Below, one piece after another: positions 19,355-29,191 of a stretch of 64,000 nucleotides of DNA. The stretch is from an uncultured Candidatus Sumerlaeota bacterium (GTDB taxonomy: Bacteria > Sumerlaeota > Sumerlaeia > SLMS01), in assembly GCA_964420455.1 (NCBI GenBank), contig CAYQTO010000002.1, positions 8,796 through 72,795 of the forward strand, given 5' to 3'. The notes beneath the pieces are model-generated. The model saw only the letters and a list, made by a program, of their open reading frames with translations, was not told where the DNA came from and did no database searches. The position numbers and the translations under genes were made by a program. The stretch's first letter is position 1. Each line of letters opens with the position of its first letter.

Positions 19355-19521
19355 CAACCCCGCCCAATCAGGAAATACACGATCACGCCGATCAAAGGAA
19401 AGATCGTGACCACGACGATCCAGACCGCCTTCATGAGTGGGGTCATGGGCCGCTGGATGATGTCGATCAGGGCGGCAAGCCAGATGATCAGGAGAACGAC
19501 GCTGACGATGGTGGTGAGCAT
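19354..19521 (-). CDS. PLD nuclease N-terminal (PLDc_N/YxlE-like) small membrane protein, 55 aa. Not in the supplied ORF track (below length cutoff).
   Basis: Hand translation of the minus strand gives MLTTIVSVVLLIIWLAALIDIIQRPMTPLMKAVWIVVVTIFPLIGVIVYFLIGRG. GGAG 7-10 nt upstream of ATG (19521). Two TM helices. PLDc_N-like WxxxxxxxPxxGxxxYxxxG pattern. Confidence 0.65.
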   Translation of the reverse strand: MLTTIVSVVLLIIWLAALIDIIQRPMTPLMKAVWIVVVTIFPLIGVIVYFLIGRG

Positions 19522-19674
19522 GAGAATCTCCGCATGGTGGAATCAGTCACGAATGAGCAAGTGCTCATTTTCCTGATTGCCAAGAGAAATTGTTGTTCGG
19601 AGGGGGCAGCCCTTCCGTCCGGCGGCTGAGATTCTCCTCGTTCCCTCCAACCGCACAGCCCCAGGATCCCCGCC

Positions 19675-20487
19675 ATGGCAATTCGGTACTTCATCGATCT
19701 GGACTGCACGCCGCGGCGCGAACTCGGGGCCGACGGCATCATGGACCGGCTGATGGCGGCGGAGCGGGCCTCCATCCTTCGCGAGCAGTTTCACGAAACG
19801 GCGCCGGGAGTGGCCGACACCGACATCCGGTTCACCGAACGTGTCCTCACGGGGGACGACGGCGAGGAGGAGCGCCAGCGCTCGGTTGCCGACCTGTTGC
19901 GCGAGGCCGCTCCCCTCGCAAACTACCAGCATCACTGCGAGAGCTGCCCGGCGACGTTTCCTGGAATGCCCTTCGGGTGCGCGGGGGCGGTGGGGCTGCC
20001 GATTACGGCGGCGGGCGAGCGATGGCTCCTGGATCAGCTTGGGCCGGAGGGCTCCCATGCCGAGGCGCTCCTTCTCCAAACCAAGGAAGCGTTCGGCTAC
20101 GGCGGGAATCCGCTGTTGGCGAATTGGCGGCGGGCGGGCATCCTGGAGGGTAGGGAACCGGCGGTGGCGGAATGCGCCGGCGGGCTGCTGACGAGCGAGG
20201 ACCTCCTCGAGGACCTGTTCCTAACGGGCGGACTGCCGCCGGCCCGTGGCCTCGGGGTGCTCCTGCTCCTTGGGGCGATTCGCGCGGAGGATGGCCGGGA
20301 TCGCGATGCTCTCATGGAGGCTCTCGAACGGGTGGCCGCGACACAGGACAAGACAGGCGCCCCGATGATCACCTTTGCCCTTGGGCGGGACCCGGACGAT
20401 GATCCCACGATCCGGGATTTCAAGGAGCTCCTTTTCGCCCTCTACCGGGCGTTTACCCTTCAGGCGACGCTGGCGATCCGGTTGTGA
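19675..20487 (+). CDS. Hypothetical protein (270 aa), no recognised family
   Basis: ORF 19675..20487 with high-GC3 codon usage. Competing antisense ORFs are Arg-rich junk. Confidence 0.55.
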   Translation: MAIRYFIDLDCTPRRELGADGIMDRLMAAERASILREQFHETAPGVADTDIRFTERVLTGDDGEEERQRSVADLLREAAPLANYQHHCESCPATFPGMPFGCAGAVGLPITAAGERWLLDQLGPEGSHAEALLLQTKEAFGYGGNPLLANWRRAGILEGREPAVAECAGGLLTSEDLLEDLFLTGGLPPARGLGVLLLLGAIRAEDGRDRDALMEALERVAATQDKTGAPMITFALGRDPDDDPTIRDFKELLFALYRAFTLQATLAIRL

Positions 20488-20580
20488 ACCCCCACGGGCA
20501 CGCTCCGTTGGCATGGAATTCCCTCAGACAATCACGCTCAAGGACGGAGCCACGAGTTCCGGTCCCCCCACGGAGGCAAG

Positions 20581-23073
20581 GTGATCCCAGATTCCAGTAA
20601 CGTCACATCCGGCCCGTTTCCCCAGGATCCCGGCCAGCCCACCGAGCTCCCCGCGGAGATTCCCATTCTCCCCCTCGATGGGATGGTCATTTTTCCGCTG
20701 ATGATCGCGCCGATCGTGATCTCGGACGAGAAGGCGAAGCAGCCGATCGAGGATTCGATGCGGGGCGATCGGATGGTGGCCATCTTTCATCCGGTGGAGC
20801 AGGAGCCCGACGTGGCGGGCGGCAACGGGCATCAGGGGGAAACACCGGAGTACCGACTGTTTCCCGTGGGCACGTTGTGCAACGTCTTGCGCATGCTGCG
20901 AATTCCGGACGGTTCGGTGCGGCTGCTGCTGCATGGCATCTGCCGCGTGCGGCTGGGGGAGCTGACGGGGACGGACCCTTATCTGAAGGGCCGCCTGGAG
21001 GTCGTCACGGACGAGGAGGGGCCGCAAGGCGACCTCGAAGTCGAGGCGATGATGAAGCTGACAATCGACCACCTGCAGCGGGCGATCAATCTGGGGGCGT
21101 TGTCGGAGGAGCTGGCGGTCGCGGCGATGAACGTGGAGGACCCGGGCAAGCTGGCGGACCTGGTGGCGTCGAACCTGCCGGTGAAGCCACAGGACCTGCT
21201 GCCGATTCTGGCGGAGCAAAACGCGAAGGAGCGGCTCCGCAAAATGCAGCACGTGCTCGGTCGCGAGGTCCACGTGCTGGAGATCGGCAACCGGATCAAC
21301 GACGAGGTCCGCGACGAGGTGGACAAGACGCAGCGATCGTTCTTCCTGCAGCAACAGTTGAAGGCGATCCGGCGCGAGCTGGGGGAGGCGGACCCTCAGG
21401 AGGCGGAGATCGAGGAACTGGCCCGGCGGGTCCGGGAAACGGAAATGCCGGAGCGGGCGCGCCGCACGGCGGAAAAGGAACTCGGCCGGCTCCAGTCCAT
21501 GCCCACCGCCGCCGCCGAGTACGGAGTCATCCGGGCCTACCTCGAATGGATCCTGGACCTCCCCTGGTTCGTCTCCAGCGACGACCACATCGACATCTAC
21601 GAGGCAAAGCGCATCCTCGACGAGGACCACTACGGGCTTGAGGAGATCAAGGACCGCATCCTCGAGTATCTGAGCGTGATCCGGCTGAAGCAGGGGAACC
21701 TGAAGGGGCCGATCCTTTGCTTCGTGGGCCCGCCGGGGGTGGGCAAGACGTCGCTGGGGCGGTCGATCGCTCGCGCCACCGGGCGGAACTTCCAGAACTT
21801 CTCCCTCGGCGGCATGCGGGACGAGGCCGAGATCCGCGGCCACCGACGGACCTACGTCGGCGCCATGCCCGGCCGCATCGTCAAGGCCCTCAAGGAGTCC
21901 GGAACCAACAACCCGCTCATCATGCTCGACGAGGTCGACAAGCTCGGGAGCGACTTCCGCGGCGACCCCGCCTCCGCCCTCCTCGAGGTCCTCGACCCCG
22001 AGCAGAACTTCCACTTCACCGACCACTACATGGACATGCCCGTGGATCTTTCGCGGGTGATGTTCGTCACGACGGCGAACACCCTCGACACGATCCCCGG
22101 CCCGCTCCGCGACCGCATGGAGATCATCCGCCTTCCGGGATATACGGACATCGAGAAGGAGGAGATCGCGCGGCGTTACCTGATCCCCCGCGAAATGGAC
22201 CACACGGGGATCAAGCGCTCGCACCTGTCGATCAGCCCGGGGGCATTGCGGCGGATCATCGGTGACTATACGGCGGAGGCGGGGGTGCGAAACCTCCAGC
22301 GCGAGATCTCGAAGCTTTGCCGCAAGACGGCGCGGCGCCTCGCCGAGGCCCAGTCCGCCGAGGAGGCAACCACGCAGAACGGCAGCGACGCACCCAAGGG
22401 GAGGAAGACCACCCGCCGGCGCGCCAGTCGGACACCGGCCTCCTTCGCCAAGTTGAAGGTGACCCCGGGCAACCTCGAGGAGTTCCTCGGGCCCAAGCGC
22501 GCCTTCCAGGAGGTGGCGGAACGCATGGGCCAGCCGGGCATCGCCATCGGACTGGCGTGGACGGCGTACGGCGGGGCGATCCTGTTCATCGAGGCCGCGC
22601 GGTACCCCGGCGAGGGACGCCTCCGGCTGACAGGTCAGCTCGGTGAAGTCATGAAGGAATCGGCCCAGGCGGCGCTGACCTACCTCCGGGCGACGGCGGA
22701 GCGCTACCGGATCACCGAGGAGGCGTTCCGCACGTCCGACTTCCATGTCCACGTGCCCGCCGGCGCCACGCCCAAGGATGGCCCCAGCGCCGGCACTGCC
22801 ATCGCCGTCGCCCTTGCGAGCCTTCTGACAAACCGCTCCGTGCGCGACTTCATCGCCATGAGCGGCGAGATCACCCTGCGGGGCAACGTGATGCCCGTCG
22901 GCGGGATCAAGGAGAAGTGTCTCGCCGCCCATCGCGCCGGCATCCGCGAGGTGTTCCTCCCGGAACACAACGAGGGAGACTTCCGCGAGGTGCCGGAGCA
23001 GATTCGCGAGGCATTGAAGGTGCGCTTTCTGCCGGACGTGGGGGCGTATATCGAGGCGGCGCTTCGGGGCTGA
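20581..23073 (+). CDS. lon: ATP-dependent protease La (Lon)
   Basis: ORF 20581..23073 (GTG start, GGAGG 4 nt upstream). N-terminal LON domain. Walker A GPPGVGKTS. S16 protease domain DGPSAGTAIAVALAS...GGIKEK. Confidence 0.95.
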   Translation: MIPDSSNVTSGPFPQDPGQPTELPAEIPILPLDGMVIFPLMIAPIVISDEKAKQPIEDSMRGDRMVAIFHPVEQEPDVAGGNGHQGETPEYRLFPVGTLCNVLRMLRIPDGSVRLLLHGICRVRLGELTGTDPYLKGRLEVVTDEEGPQGDLEVEAMMKLTIDHLQRAINLGALSEELAVAAMNVEDPGKLADLVASNLPVKPQDLLPILAEQNAKERLRKMQHVLGREVHVLEIGNRINDEVRDEVDKTQRSFFLQQQLKAIRRELGEADPQEAEIEELARRVRETEMPERARRTAEKELGRLQSMPTAAAEYGVIRAYLEWILDLPWFVSSDDHIDIYEAKRILDEDHYGLEEIKDRILEYLSVIRLKQGNLKGPILCFVGPPGVGKTSLGRSIARATGRNFQNFSLGGMRDEAEIRGHRRTYVGAMPGRIVKALKESGTNNPLIMLDEVDKLGSDFRGDPASALLEVLDPEQNFHFTDHYMDMPVDLSRVMFVTTANTLDTIPGPLRDRMEIIRLPGYTDIEKEEIARRYLIPREMDHTGIKRSHLSISPGALRRIIGDYTAEAGVRNLQREISKLCRKTARRLAEAQSAEEATTQNGSDAPKGRKTTRRRASRTPASFAKLKVTPGNLEEFLGPKRAFQEVAERMGQPGIAIGLAWTAYGGAILFIEAARYPGEGRLRLTGQLGEVMKESAQAALTYLRATAERYRITEEAFRTSDFHVHVPAGATPKDGPSAGTAIAVALASLLTNRSVRDFIAMSGEITLRGNVMPVGGIKEKCLAAHRAGIREVFLPEHNEGDFREVPEQIREALKVRFLPDVGAYIEAALRG

Positions 23074-23086
23074 GGCACAGACGATC

Positions 23087-23887
23087 ATGCTCTTTGATTC
23101 GCACTGCCACCTGCACGACCGAAAGTTCGATGGGGACCGCGGCGACGCGGTGGCACGGGCGCGGGAGGCCGGCGTGGGGGCGATCCTCACGCTTGGAGAC
23201 ACGATCGCGGCGAGCCGGGCCGCGCTGGCCCTCGCCCGCGAGGTGCCCGAGGTCCATGCCGCCGCCGGTATCCATCCTTCCGCCGCCGCCAGCTGGTGCG
23301 ACGAAACCGAGGCGGACCTCCGCGCGCTCCTCGCCGAGCCCGAGGTCGTCGTCCTCGGCGAAATCGGCCTCGACCACTACTGGGACACACGGCCCGAGAC
23401 CCTCGCCCGTCAGGAAAAGGCTTTCCGCGCCCAGTTGCGCCTTGCAGACGAACTCGGCCTCGCCGTCTCGATCCACAGCCGCGAGTCGAACGCCGACGTG
23501 TTGCGCGTGCTCGAGGAGGAGGACGGCTCTGCGGCCGGCGGGGTTCTCCATTCGTTCGTCGGCTCCTGGGACGAGGCGCGCCGCGGGCTCGAGATGGGCT
23601 TCTTCCTTGGGGTTGGCGGGATTGCCACGTTTCCGAAGTCGAGCGATTTGCGGGAAGTGCTTCGCCAGGCGGGCCTCGACCGGCTGCTGATCGAGACCGA
23701 CGCGCCCTACCTCGCCCCCCAGCCCCGCCGCGGCCGCCGCAACGAGCCCGCCCACGTGCGTCATGTGGCCGAGATGCTCGCGGAACTGTTCGACACCACC
23801 ATCGACGCGGTCGCCGACGCGACCACGGCCAACGCCGTCCGCGCCTTTCGCCTCGATCCCATTCCCTCCCGGACCCCCCCGCCATGA
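23087..23887 (+). CDS. TatD-family metal-dependent hydrolase/DNase
   Basis: 266 aa. MLFDSHCHLHD, GEIGLDHYW and the SIHSRE...LHSF pattern are TatD-family motifs. Confidence 0.85.
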   Translation: MLFDSHCHLHDRKFDGDRGDAVARAREAGVGAILTLGDTIAASRAALALAREVPEVHAAAGIHPSAAASWCDETEADLRALLAEPEVVVLGEIGLDHYWDTRPETLARQEKAFRAQLRLADELGLAVSIHSRESNADVLRVLEEEDGSAAGGVLHSFVGSWDEARRGLEMGFFLGVGGIATFPKSSDLREVLRQAGLDRLLIETDAPYLAPQPRRGRRNEPAHVRHVAEMLAELFDTTIDAVADATTANAVRAFRLDPIPSRTPPP

Positions 23888-24708
23888 TCCGCGTCGAAAC
23901 GTTCGACTCCGCCCTCCTCGGGCGAAAGCGCAAGCTGCGCGTCTATACGCCGCCGGGCCTCGCGCCCGATGGCGTTGCGCCCCTCCTGATCCAGCAGGAC
24001 GGCCAGCTGGCCTTCACCGACCGCGACGACGATCTCCCATTCGGGTCCTGGCGTCTCGACGCCTGGATCGCACGACTCGCGGCCGGGGGCACCATCCGCC
24101 CGCCGGTTGTCGTCGGCGTCGACAACTCGCCCGCACGCATGAAGGAGTACTTCCCGGTGACGGAGGAGTTCGCGACCTACGAGCGGTTCCTCCACGAGGA
24201 GGTCCTGCCCTGGGCGCGCACGAACCTGCCCGTCTCGCCGGATGGCCCCGTTGCCCTCATGGGCAGCAGCATGGGCGGGCTCGTGAGCTTTGCCCTGGCG
24301 ATGAACCGGCCCGACGTCTTTTCCGCCGCGGCGTGCCTCTCGCCCTGGTTCGAATACGAGAACAACCGGACGATTCATGAGTACCTCCGGCCGATGACCT
24401 CAAAGCCGGCTGTGCGCCTCTACATGGATTCGGGGATCCAGGACTGGCGGGACCTTGACGACGGGCACCGGGGGATGCGCCTCGCGCGGCTCGAGTTGCT
24501 CCGCCTCGGCTTCGAGGAGGGTCGCGATTTCGACTGGATGGTCGACACCTGGTTTCCGACGGAGGCGGACCTGGAGGACTCGGTGGTGAAGGAGGACAAG
24601 CGAGGCCAGGCCCGAACAAACCAGCATAACGAGTTTCAATGGTCGCGGCGGCTGGCGCGTCCGCTGATGTTTCTCTTCGGCCCGGGCGAGGGGGCTTCGT
24701 CCGGCTAA
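23884..24708 (+). CDS. Putative esterase (alpha/beta hydrolase, enterochelin-esterase-like)
   Basis: Within ORF 23296..24708. ATG 23884 overlaps the tatD stop (ATGA). GSSMGG nucleophile-elbow motif. Confidence 0.7.
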   Translation: MIRVETFDSALLGRKRKLRVYTPPGLAPDGVAPLLIQQDGQLAFTDRDDDLPFGSWRLDAWIARLAAGGTIRPPVVVGVDNSPARMKEYFPVTEEFATYERFLHEEVLPWARTNLPVSPDGPVALMGSSMGGLVSFALAMNRPDVFSAAACLSPWFEYENNRTIHEYLRPMTSKPAVRLYMDSGIQDWRDLDDGHRGMRLARLELLRLGFEEGRDFDWMVDTWFPTEADLEDSVVKEDKRGQARTNQHNEFQWSRRLARPLMFLFGPGEGASSG

Positions 24709-24800
24709 ACCTTGCCGCCGCCGGGCGGGTCGGATGGCACGGAAAACCATGCCGGCACCCGCCTTTGGCGGGGCGCACTCCTGAAAAGGAAGCCACCACC

Positions 24801-25739
24801 ATGACCCGCCTTGTTTCCATTGCCACCATCGCCTTGGCGCTCGCGACGGCGGCGGCCTTCGCCCCGTCCGTCGTGGCGCAAATCAACAACCGGATCGAAC
24901 GGTCCTACCTCGGGAGCGAACTGGTTCCCCGGGGGGGGAGCGGCTATCTCGGGGTTCAGGTTTCCGATGGCTATGTGAACGCCGGAACGAGCGAGGAGCC
25001 GGACCCCACCTGGGGGGCGCAGATCGACCGCGTGCTGGAGGAGACCCCGGCCGCCCGGGCTGGTCTCCAGGCTGGCGACCTCGTGCTGCGGGTGAATGAG
25101 GAGACCATCCGCAGCGCCCGCGATCTGACGATGGCCATCGGGCGCATGGACGCCGGCGAGCAGGCCGGCCTGTTGGTCCTCCGCGACGGCGAGGGGGTGA
25201 CCCTGACGGTGGAACTCGCCGAGCGCCCGGCCGCGCAACCTCCCGCCAGCGGAACCCGCATGCGCCGCGGTGCCGACCCGTTAATGATGCCTTCCGGCGT
25301 CACCGGCGACCCCTTCGCCGAGATGGAACGCCAGCTCGAGGAAATGCAGGAAAACATGCTCCGATTCCGCAGCCAGTTTTCAAACCTTCAGATGGATGAC
25401 GGCGCGATGACGCGGATGAAGGCGCGGAGCACGCAGGTAACGACGCTGGTGCACGACTCGGCCGCGGGGTTGGCGCTGCAAAGCCTGACGCCGCAGTTGC
25501 GAATGTTTTTTGGCGCGGGTGAGGACGAGGGGGTGCTGGTGGCAACGGTGGAGTCCGGGTCCCCCGCCGAGACCGCGGGCCTGCGCGCCGGCGACGTCAT
25601 CGTCGAGGTTGCCGGTCTCACCGTCGACGATCCCACCCTCGCGCAGAACCTCATCGCCAACCCGGAGGCCCCCGAGGTGGAGGTGACCTATCTGCGCGGG
25701 GGCGAGGAGCAGACCGCGCTCCTCGCGCTCAACGAGTAA
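24801..25739 (+). CDS. Periplasmic protein with two PDZ domains (no protease domain)
   Basis: Within ORF 24639..25739. ATG 24801 with AAGGA 10 nt upstream. Signal peptide MTRLVSIATIALALATAAAFA. Two ...AGL.AGD.I..VNG... PDZ-like blocks. Confidence 0.7.
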   Translation: MTRLVSIATIALALATAAAFAPSVVAQINNRIERSYLGSELVPRGGSGYLGVQVSDGYVNAGTSEEPDPTWGAQIDRVLEETPAARAGLQAGDLVLRVNEETIRSARDLTMAIGRMDAGEQAGLLVLRDGEGVTLTVELAERPAAQPPASGTRMRRGADPLMMPSGVTGDPFAEMERQLEEMQENMLRFRSQFSNLQMDDGAMTRMKARSTQVTTLVHDSAAGLALQSLTPQLRMFFGAGEDEGVLVATVESGSPAETAGLRAGDVIVEVAGLTVDDPTLAQNLIANPEAPEVEVTYLRGGEEQTALLALNE

Positions 25740-25843
25740 TCGGGGTCGCCGTCCTCCCGGTCGCGTCCTTTGGGCCTTGTAACCCGGGGGGCCCCGCGCC
25801 AGACTTGGCGCGCCGTCCGGGCCCGAAGGGATAACCATCACGC

Positions 25844-28800
25844 GTGACCGCGTCCCGCCCGTCATCTTCCAGTGCCGCCGTGGCCTCCGAGGTTCCCCCC
25901 GACCTCCCCCAGGACACGCTGGCTTCCTACAACCCGGAGCGCAGCCGGATGCTGGCGGCGACGGTCATCAGCGATTCCGGCGATCGGACGATTCCAGAAG
26001 AGGACATCCCGAACACCTCGCCCACGAAAAGCATCGAGCTGCCCCACCCGAGCCTCTCGCGCTGGTCCGTGGTGATCGATAGCGACGACGGCGGGGAAGC
26101 CGCTCCGGCGCTGCTGCCGCAGGCAAACTTTCGCCTGAAGGAGATGGTGGGGCGCGGGGGCTTTGGCGAGGTGTGGGAGGCGCGCCAGGCCAGCCTCGAC
26201 CGGATTGTCGCGGTGAAGCGCCTGCGAAAGGACATCTCGTCGGATGGCGACGACGAGGACACGGCGGCGCGGCGCCGCTCGCTGGAGGTCGCCTTCCGCC
26301 AGGAGGCGATCACCACCGCCAACCTCGATCATCCGAACATCGTGCCCGTGCACGACCTCGGGGTCGACGAGGACGGCTCTTCGCTGCTCGCCATGAAGTA
26401 CGTGCGCGGCACTCCCTGGAACAAGATGATCGCGGCGGACTTCGTCAGCCTCTCGCCGATCGACTTCCTGGCACGGCACATCCCGATCCTGATCGACGTG
26501 GCCCAGGCGGTTGCCTTCGCCCACGCCCGCGGCGTTGTCCACCGCGACCTCAAACCTTCGCAGGTCATCGTTGGCGAGTTCGGCGAGACCATGCTGATGG
26601 ACTGGGGGCTGGCGGTAATCTTCGACCTCGAGGTGATGGCCCGCCATTGCGATCAAGACAGCTGCGAACTGTTGCCGACGATCCACAACGCGACGAACCC
26701 GGCGGGGACGCTGGCGTTCATGGCTCCGGAGCAGACCGAGCGCCACGCGCGCAACATCGGCCCCTGGACCGATGTCTATCTCCTCGGCGGCACGCTCTAT
26801 TACCTCCTTTGCGGGCGTTTGCCCCATCGTGGTGAGGACCCGCGGACCGTGTTCCTCAAGGCGAAGATCGGCGAGTTCATCCCGCCGGAGGAGGCGGAGC
26901 CGGGCCGAGAGATCCCGCCGGAGCTTTCAGACCTCGCGCGCCACGCCATGATGGCCGACCGCAACGCGCGCGTCGGTTCCGCCCGCGAGTTCTTCGAACT
27001 TCTGCAGGACTGGTTGTCGGGCGCGTCGAAACGTCGGGAATCGATTCGCCTTTCGGACGAGGTGACCCGCGAGCTGGACACTTGCGATGCCCGCTACGAC
27101 GTGTTGGCCGACTCCCTCGCGAAGGTCGAGCAGTCGGCGGCCTTGTGGGGTGACAATCCGTCGGTGCCCGCCCTCCGCCAGCGGGCCACCGCGATGTTCG
27201 CCCGCACGGCTCTCGAAAACGGCGACCTCGTGCTCGCGCGGCTCCAGACCGGGAACCTCCAGCCGGGCCAGACCCGCGACGAGATCGCCCTTCGCATCGA
27301 CGAACTCGAAAAGCGCCAGCGCACCCGCGAACGCCAACGCCGCGTGTTTCTTGTCGGGTCGATCTTCTTCCTCGCGGTAATCCTGCTGGTTGTCGCGGTC
27401 TTCAACAGGCGGTTCCTGGAGGAACGGGACTTCGCCCGCGAGGAAGCGCGCCGCGTTCGCGAGGCCCGCAACGACGCCCAGCGCCTCGTCAATTTCATGA
27501 TGGAGGACCTGCTGGAGGAACTCCAGCCTATGGGGCGGCTGGATCCCATTCGGGAGGTCAGCAGCCGGGTGCTCCAGTATTACGATAACGTGCCGGGGGA
27601 AGAGATGCGGCCGGAGGTGGCGCTCCAGCACGCACGGGCCCTCCGGGCGGTGGGCCTCGTCGAATACGAGTCCGGCAATTCGCGCGGCGCCTTGGAATAC
27701 CTCACCAAGGCCGCGCAACTCTTCGACGAAGCGGCTGCAGCACCCACCTCTTCCGTCACGCCCGCCCGCGACCGCGTCTTCGTCTATCTGCTGCTCGCGT
27801 CGGTGCAGGCGGACCGCAACGACCTCAAGGCCGCCACCGCCTCCCTCTCCCGGGCGCTCCTCGCCTTCTCCGGCAGCCTCCACCTCATGCCCGCCGGCGA
27901 CGCCATCCGTGCGATCCTTCCTCCCCCGGAGGAACTCCGCGTCTATACAAGTGGCGATGCCGACCCCGCCGCCATCCCGCGTCTCTTTCGCCTCCTCCTC
28001 GAGGCATCCAACGCGACTTTTGCCGCAGACCCGGATCAGCGGGTCGAGTTCAGCACCACCGTCGCCCTCAACTCGCTCGGTGACCTGGCCTTCTCGGGCA
28101 TACCCGAGCCGCAACTGATGGAGGCGGTGGTGAACGCCCGTCGCTTTCGGCGCGAGGCCGCCGAGGCCAACCCGCAAAACATCGCCGTGGCCCAGGGGTA
28201 TCTCATCTCGTCGTACCGGCTCGGGGATCTGTACCGGAAGGCCGGCGACCTGACGGGGGCGGTGGCGGTTGTGCAGGAAGCGCTGGATTTCGCGCTGGAG
28301 CGGGAAGCGCGATCCCCCGGCCAGTATCAGTGGAAGCAGGCAGCGAGCGAGGGCCGGGGGCGCCTCGGGCTCCTCCACCTCGAGTCCGGCAACATGGCGA
28401 TGGCACGGGCATACCTGCGCGATGCGGTGGCGGACGCGGAGGCGCTGGTGGAGCGCGATCCGCAGAACGCGCTCTGGCAGTACAACCTCGCGGTGCGGCA
28501 GCGGGAGGCCGGCGACCTTGCCCTCGCCGGGGGGGATCTCTCCGGCGCGCTCGACGACTTCACCGCCGCGCAGGCCATCAGCGACCGCCTCTACAGCCGC
28601 GACCCCGAGAACTACCGCTGGCGGCGCGACTTCAACGGGTTGTTCGAGGGGTTGTTCCTGTTGGCCTCGCAGGCGCGGGAAGGGGACGCGCCCGAGGTTG
28701 CCCGGGAGGCCGCCCGCCGCGCCTTCGACATGGCCCGCCTCGACGAGGGGCTTCGCCCCGGCGCCCCGGAGATCCAGCGCAACGTCATCGCCGCCGCGGA

Positions 28801-29146
28801 CGTCTATACGCGGGTGCTGCTTGAGGAGGGAGACGGGGCGGCGGCATCCCGCGTGCTTGAGTTTGGCCTTTCCCGCGCGCGGTTGCGGGCTGGCGGGAGC
28901 ACCGGCGATCCCGCTTACATGAGTCTCCTTGCGAGGCTGCTGCTGCTCGAGGCCGCCCAGGGTCTCGCCTCCGGCGACACGGCCGCCGCCTGGAACTCCG
29001 CGGAAACCGCCGCCCGCCGCCACTGCGGCATCCGTGGTGTACTCGACGACGAACTCCAGGAATGGCTCCGTCCGCTCCGGCTCGAGGACCCCAATCGCTG
29101 GGACGCCCTCCTTGACTTCGCACCCAACGGAAACCCGTTGCCGTAG
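25844..29146 (+). CDS. Serine/threonine protein kinase with one TM segment and large C-terminal TPR-repeat domain (1100 aa)
   Basis: ORF 25844..29146 (GTG start; alternative ATG at 25949). GRGGFGEVW...AVKRL, HRDLKPSQVIV and DWGLAV Hanks kinase motifs. TM VFLVGSIFFLAVILLVVAVF. TPR-like helical repeats to the C-terminus. Confidence 0.85.
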   Translation: MTASRPSSSSAAVASEVPPDLPQDTLASYNPERSRMLAATVISDSGDRTIPEEDIPNTSPTKSIELPHPSLSRWSVVIDSDDGGEAAPALLPQANFRLKEMVGRGGFGEVWEARQASLDRIVAVKRLRKDISSDGDDEDTAARRRSLEVAFRQEAITTANLDHPNIVPVHDLGVDEDGSSLLAMKYVRGTPWNKMIAADFVSLSPIDFLARHIPILIDVAQAVAFAHARGVVHRDLKPSQVIVGEFGETMLMDWGLAVIFDLEVMARHCDQDSCELLPTIHNATNPAGTLAFMAPEQTERHARNIGPWTDVYLLGGTLYYLLCGRLPHRGEDPRTVFLKAKIGEFIPPEEAEPGREIPPELSDLARHAMMADRNARVGSAREFFELLQDWLSGASKRRESIRLSDEVTRELDTCDARYDVLADSLAKVEQSAALWGDNPSVPALRQRATAMFARTALENGDLVLARLQTGNLQPGQTRDEIALRIDELEKRQRTRERQRRVFLVGSIFFLAVILLVVAVFNRRFLEERDFAREEARRVREARNDAQRLVNFMMEDLLEELQPMGRLDPIREVSSRVLQYYDNVPGEEMRPEVALQHARALRAVGLVEYESGNSRGALEYLTKAAQLFDEAAAAPTSSVTPARDRVFVYLLLASVQADRNDLKAATASLSRALLAFSGSLHLMPAGDAIRAILPPPEELRVYTSGDADPAAIPRLFRLLLEASNATFAADPDQRVEFSTTVALNSLGDLAFSGIPEPQLMEAVVNARRFRREAAEANPQNIAVAQGYLISSYRLGDLYRKAGDLTGAVAVVQEALDFALEREARSPGQYQWKQAASEGRGRLGLLHLESGNMAMARAYLRDAVADAEALVERDPQNALWQYNLAVRQREAGDLALAGGDLSGALDDFTAAQAISDRLYSRDPENYRWRRDFNGLFEGLFLLASQAREGDAPEVAREAARRAFDMARLDEGLRPGAPEIQRNVIAAADVYTRVLLEEGDGAAASRVLEFGLSRARLRAGGSTGDPAYMSLLARLLLLEAAQGLASGDTAAAWNSAETAARRHCGIRGVLDDELQEWLRPLRLEDPNRWDALLDFAPNGNPLP

Positions 29147-29191
29147 CCGCATCCGCACCACCAAAACCGGATTCGACCCCAAACGGAATCC

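Noticed and set aside
20488-20580. Possible sigma32-type heat-shock promoter upstream of lon (CTCAAGGA ... CCCCCAC).
   Set aside because: The match to the CTTGAAA / CCCCATNT consensus is weak (about 4 of 7 in the -35), and the spacing cannot be fixed without a reference for this lineage.
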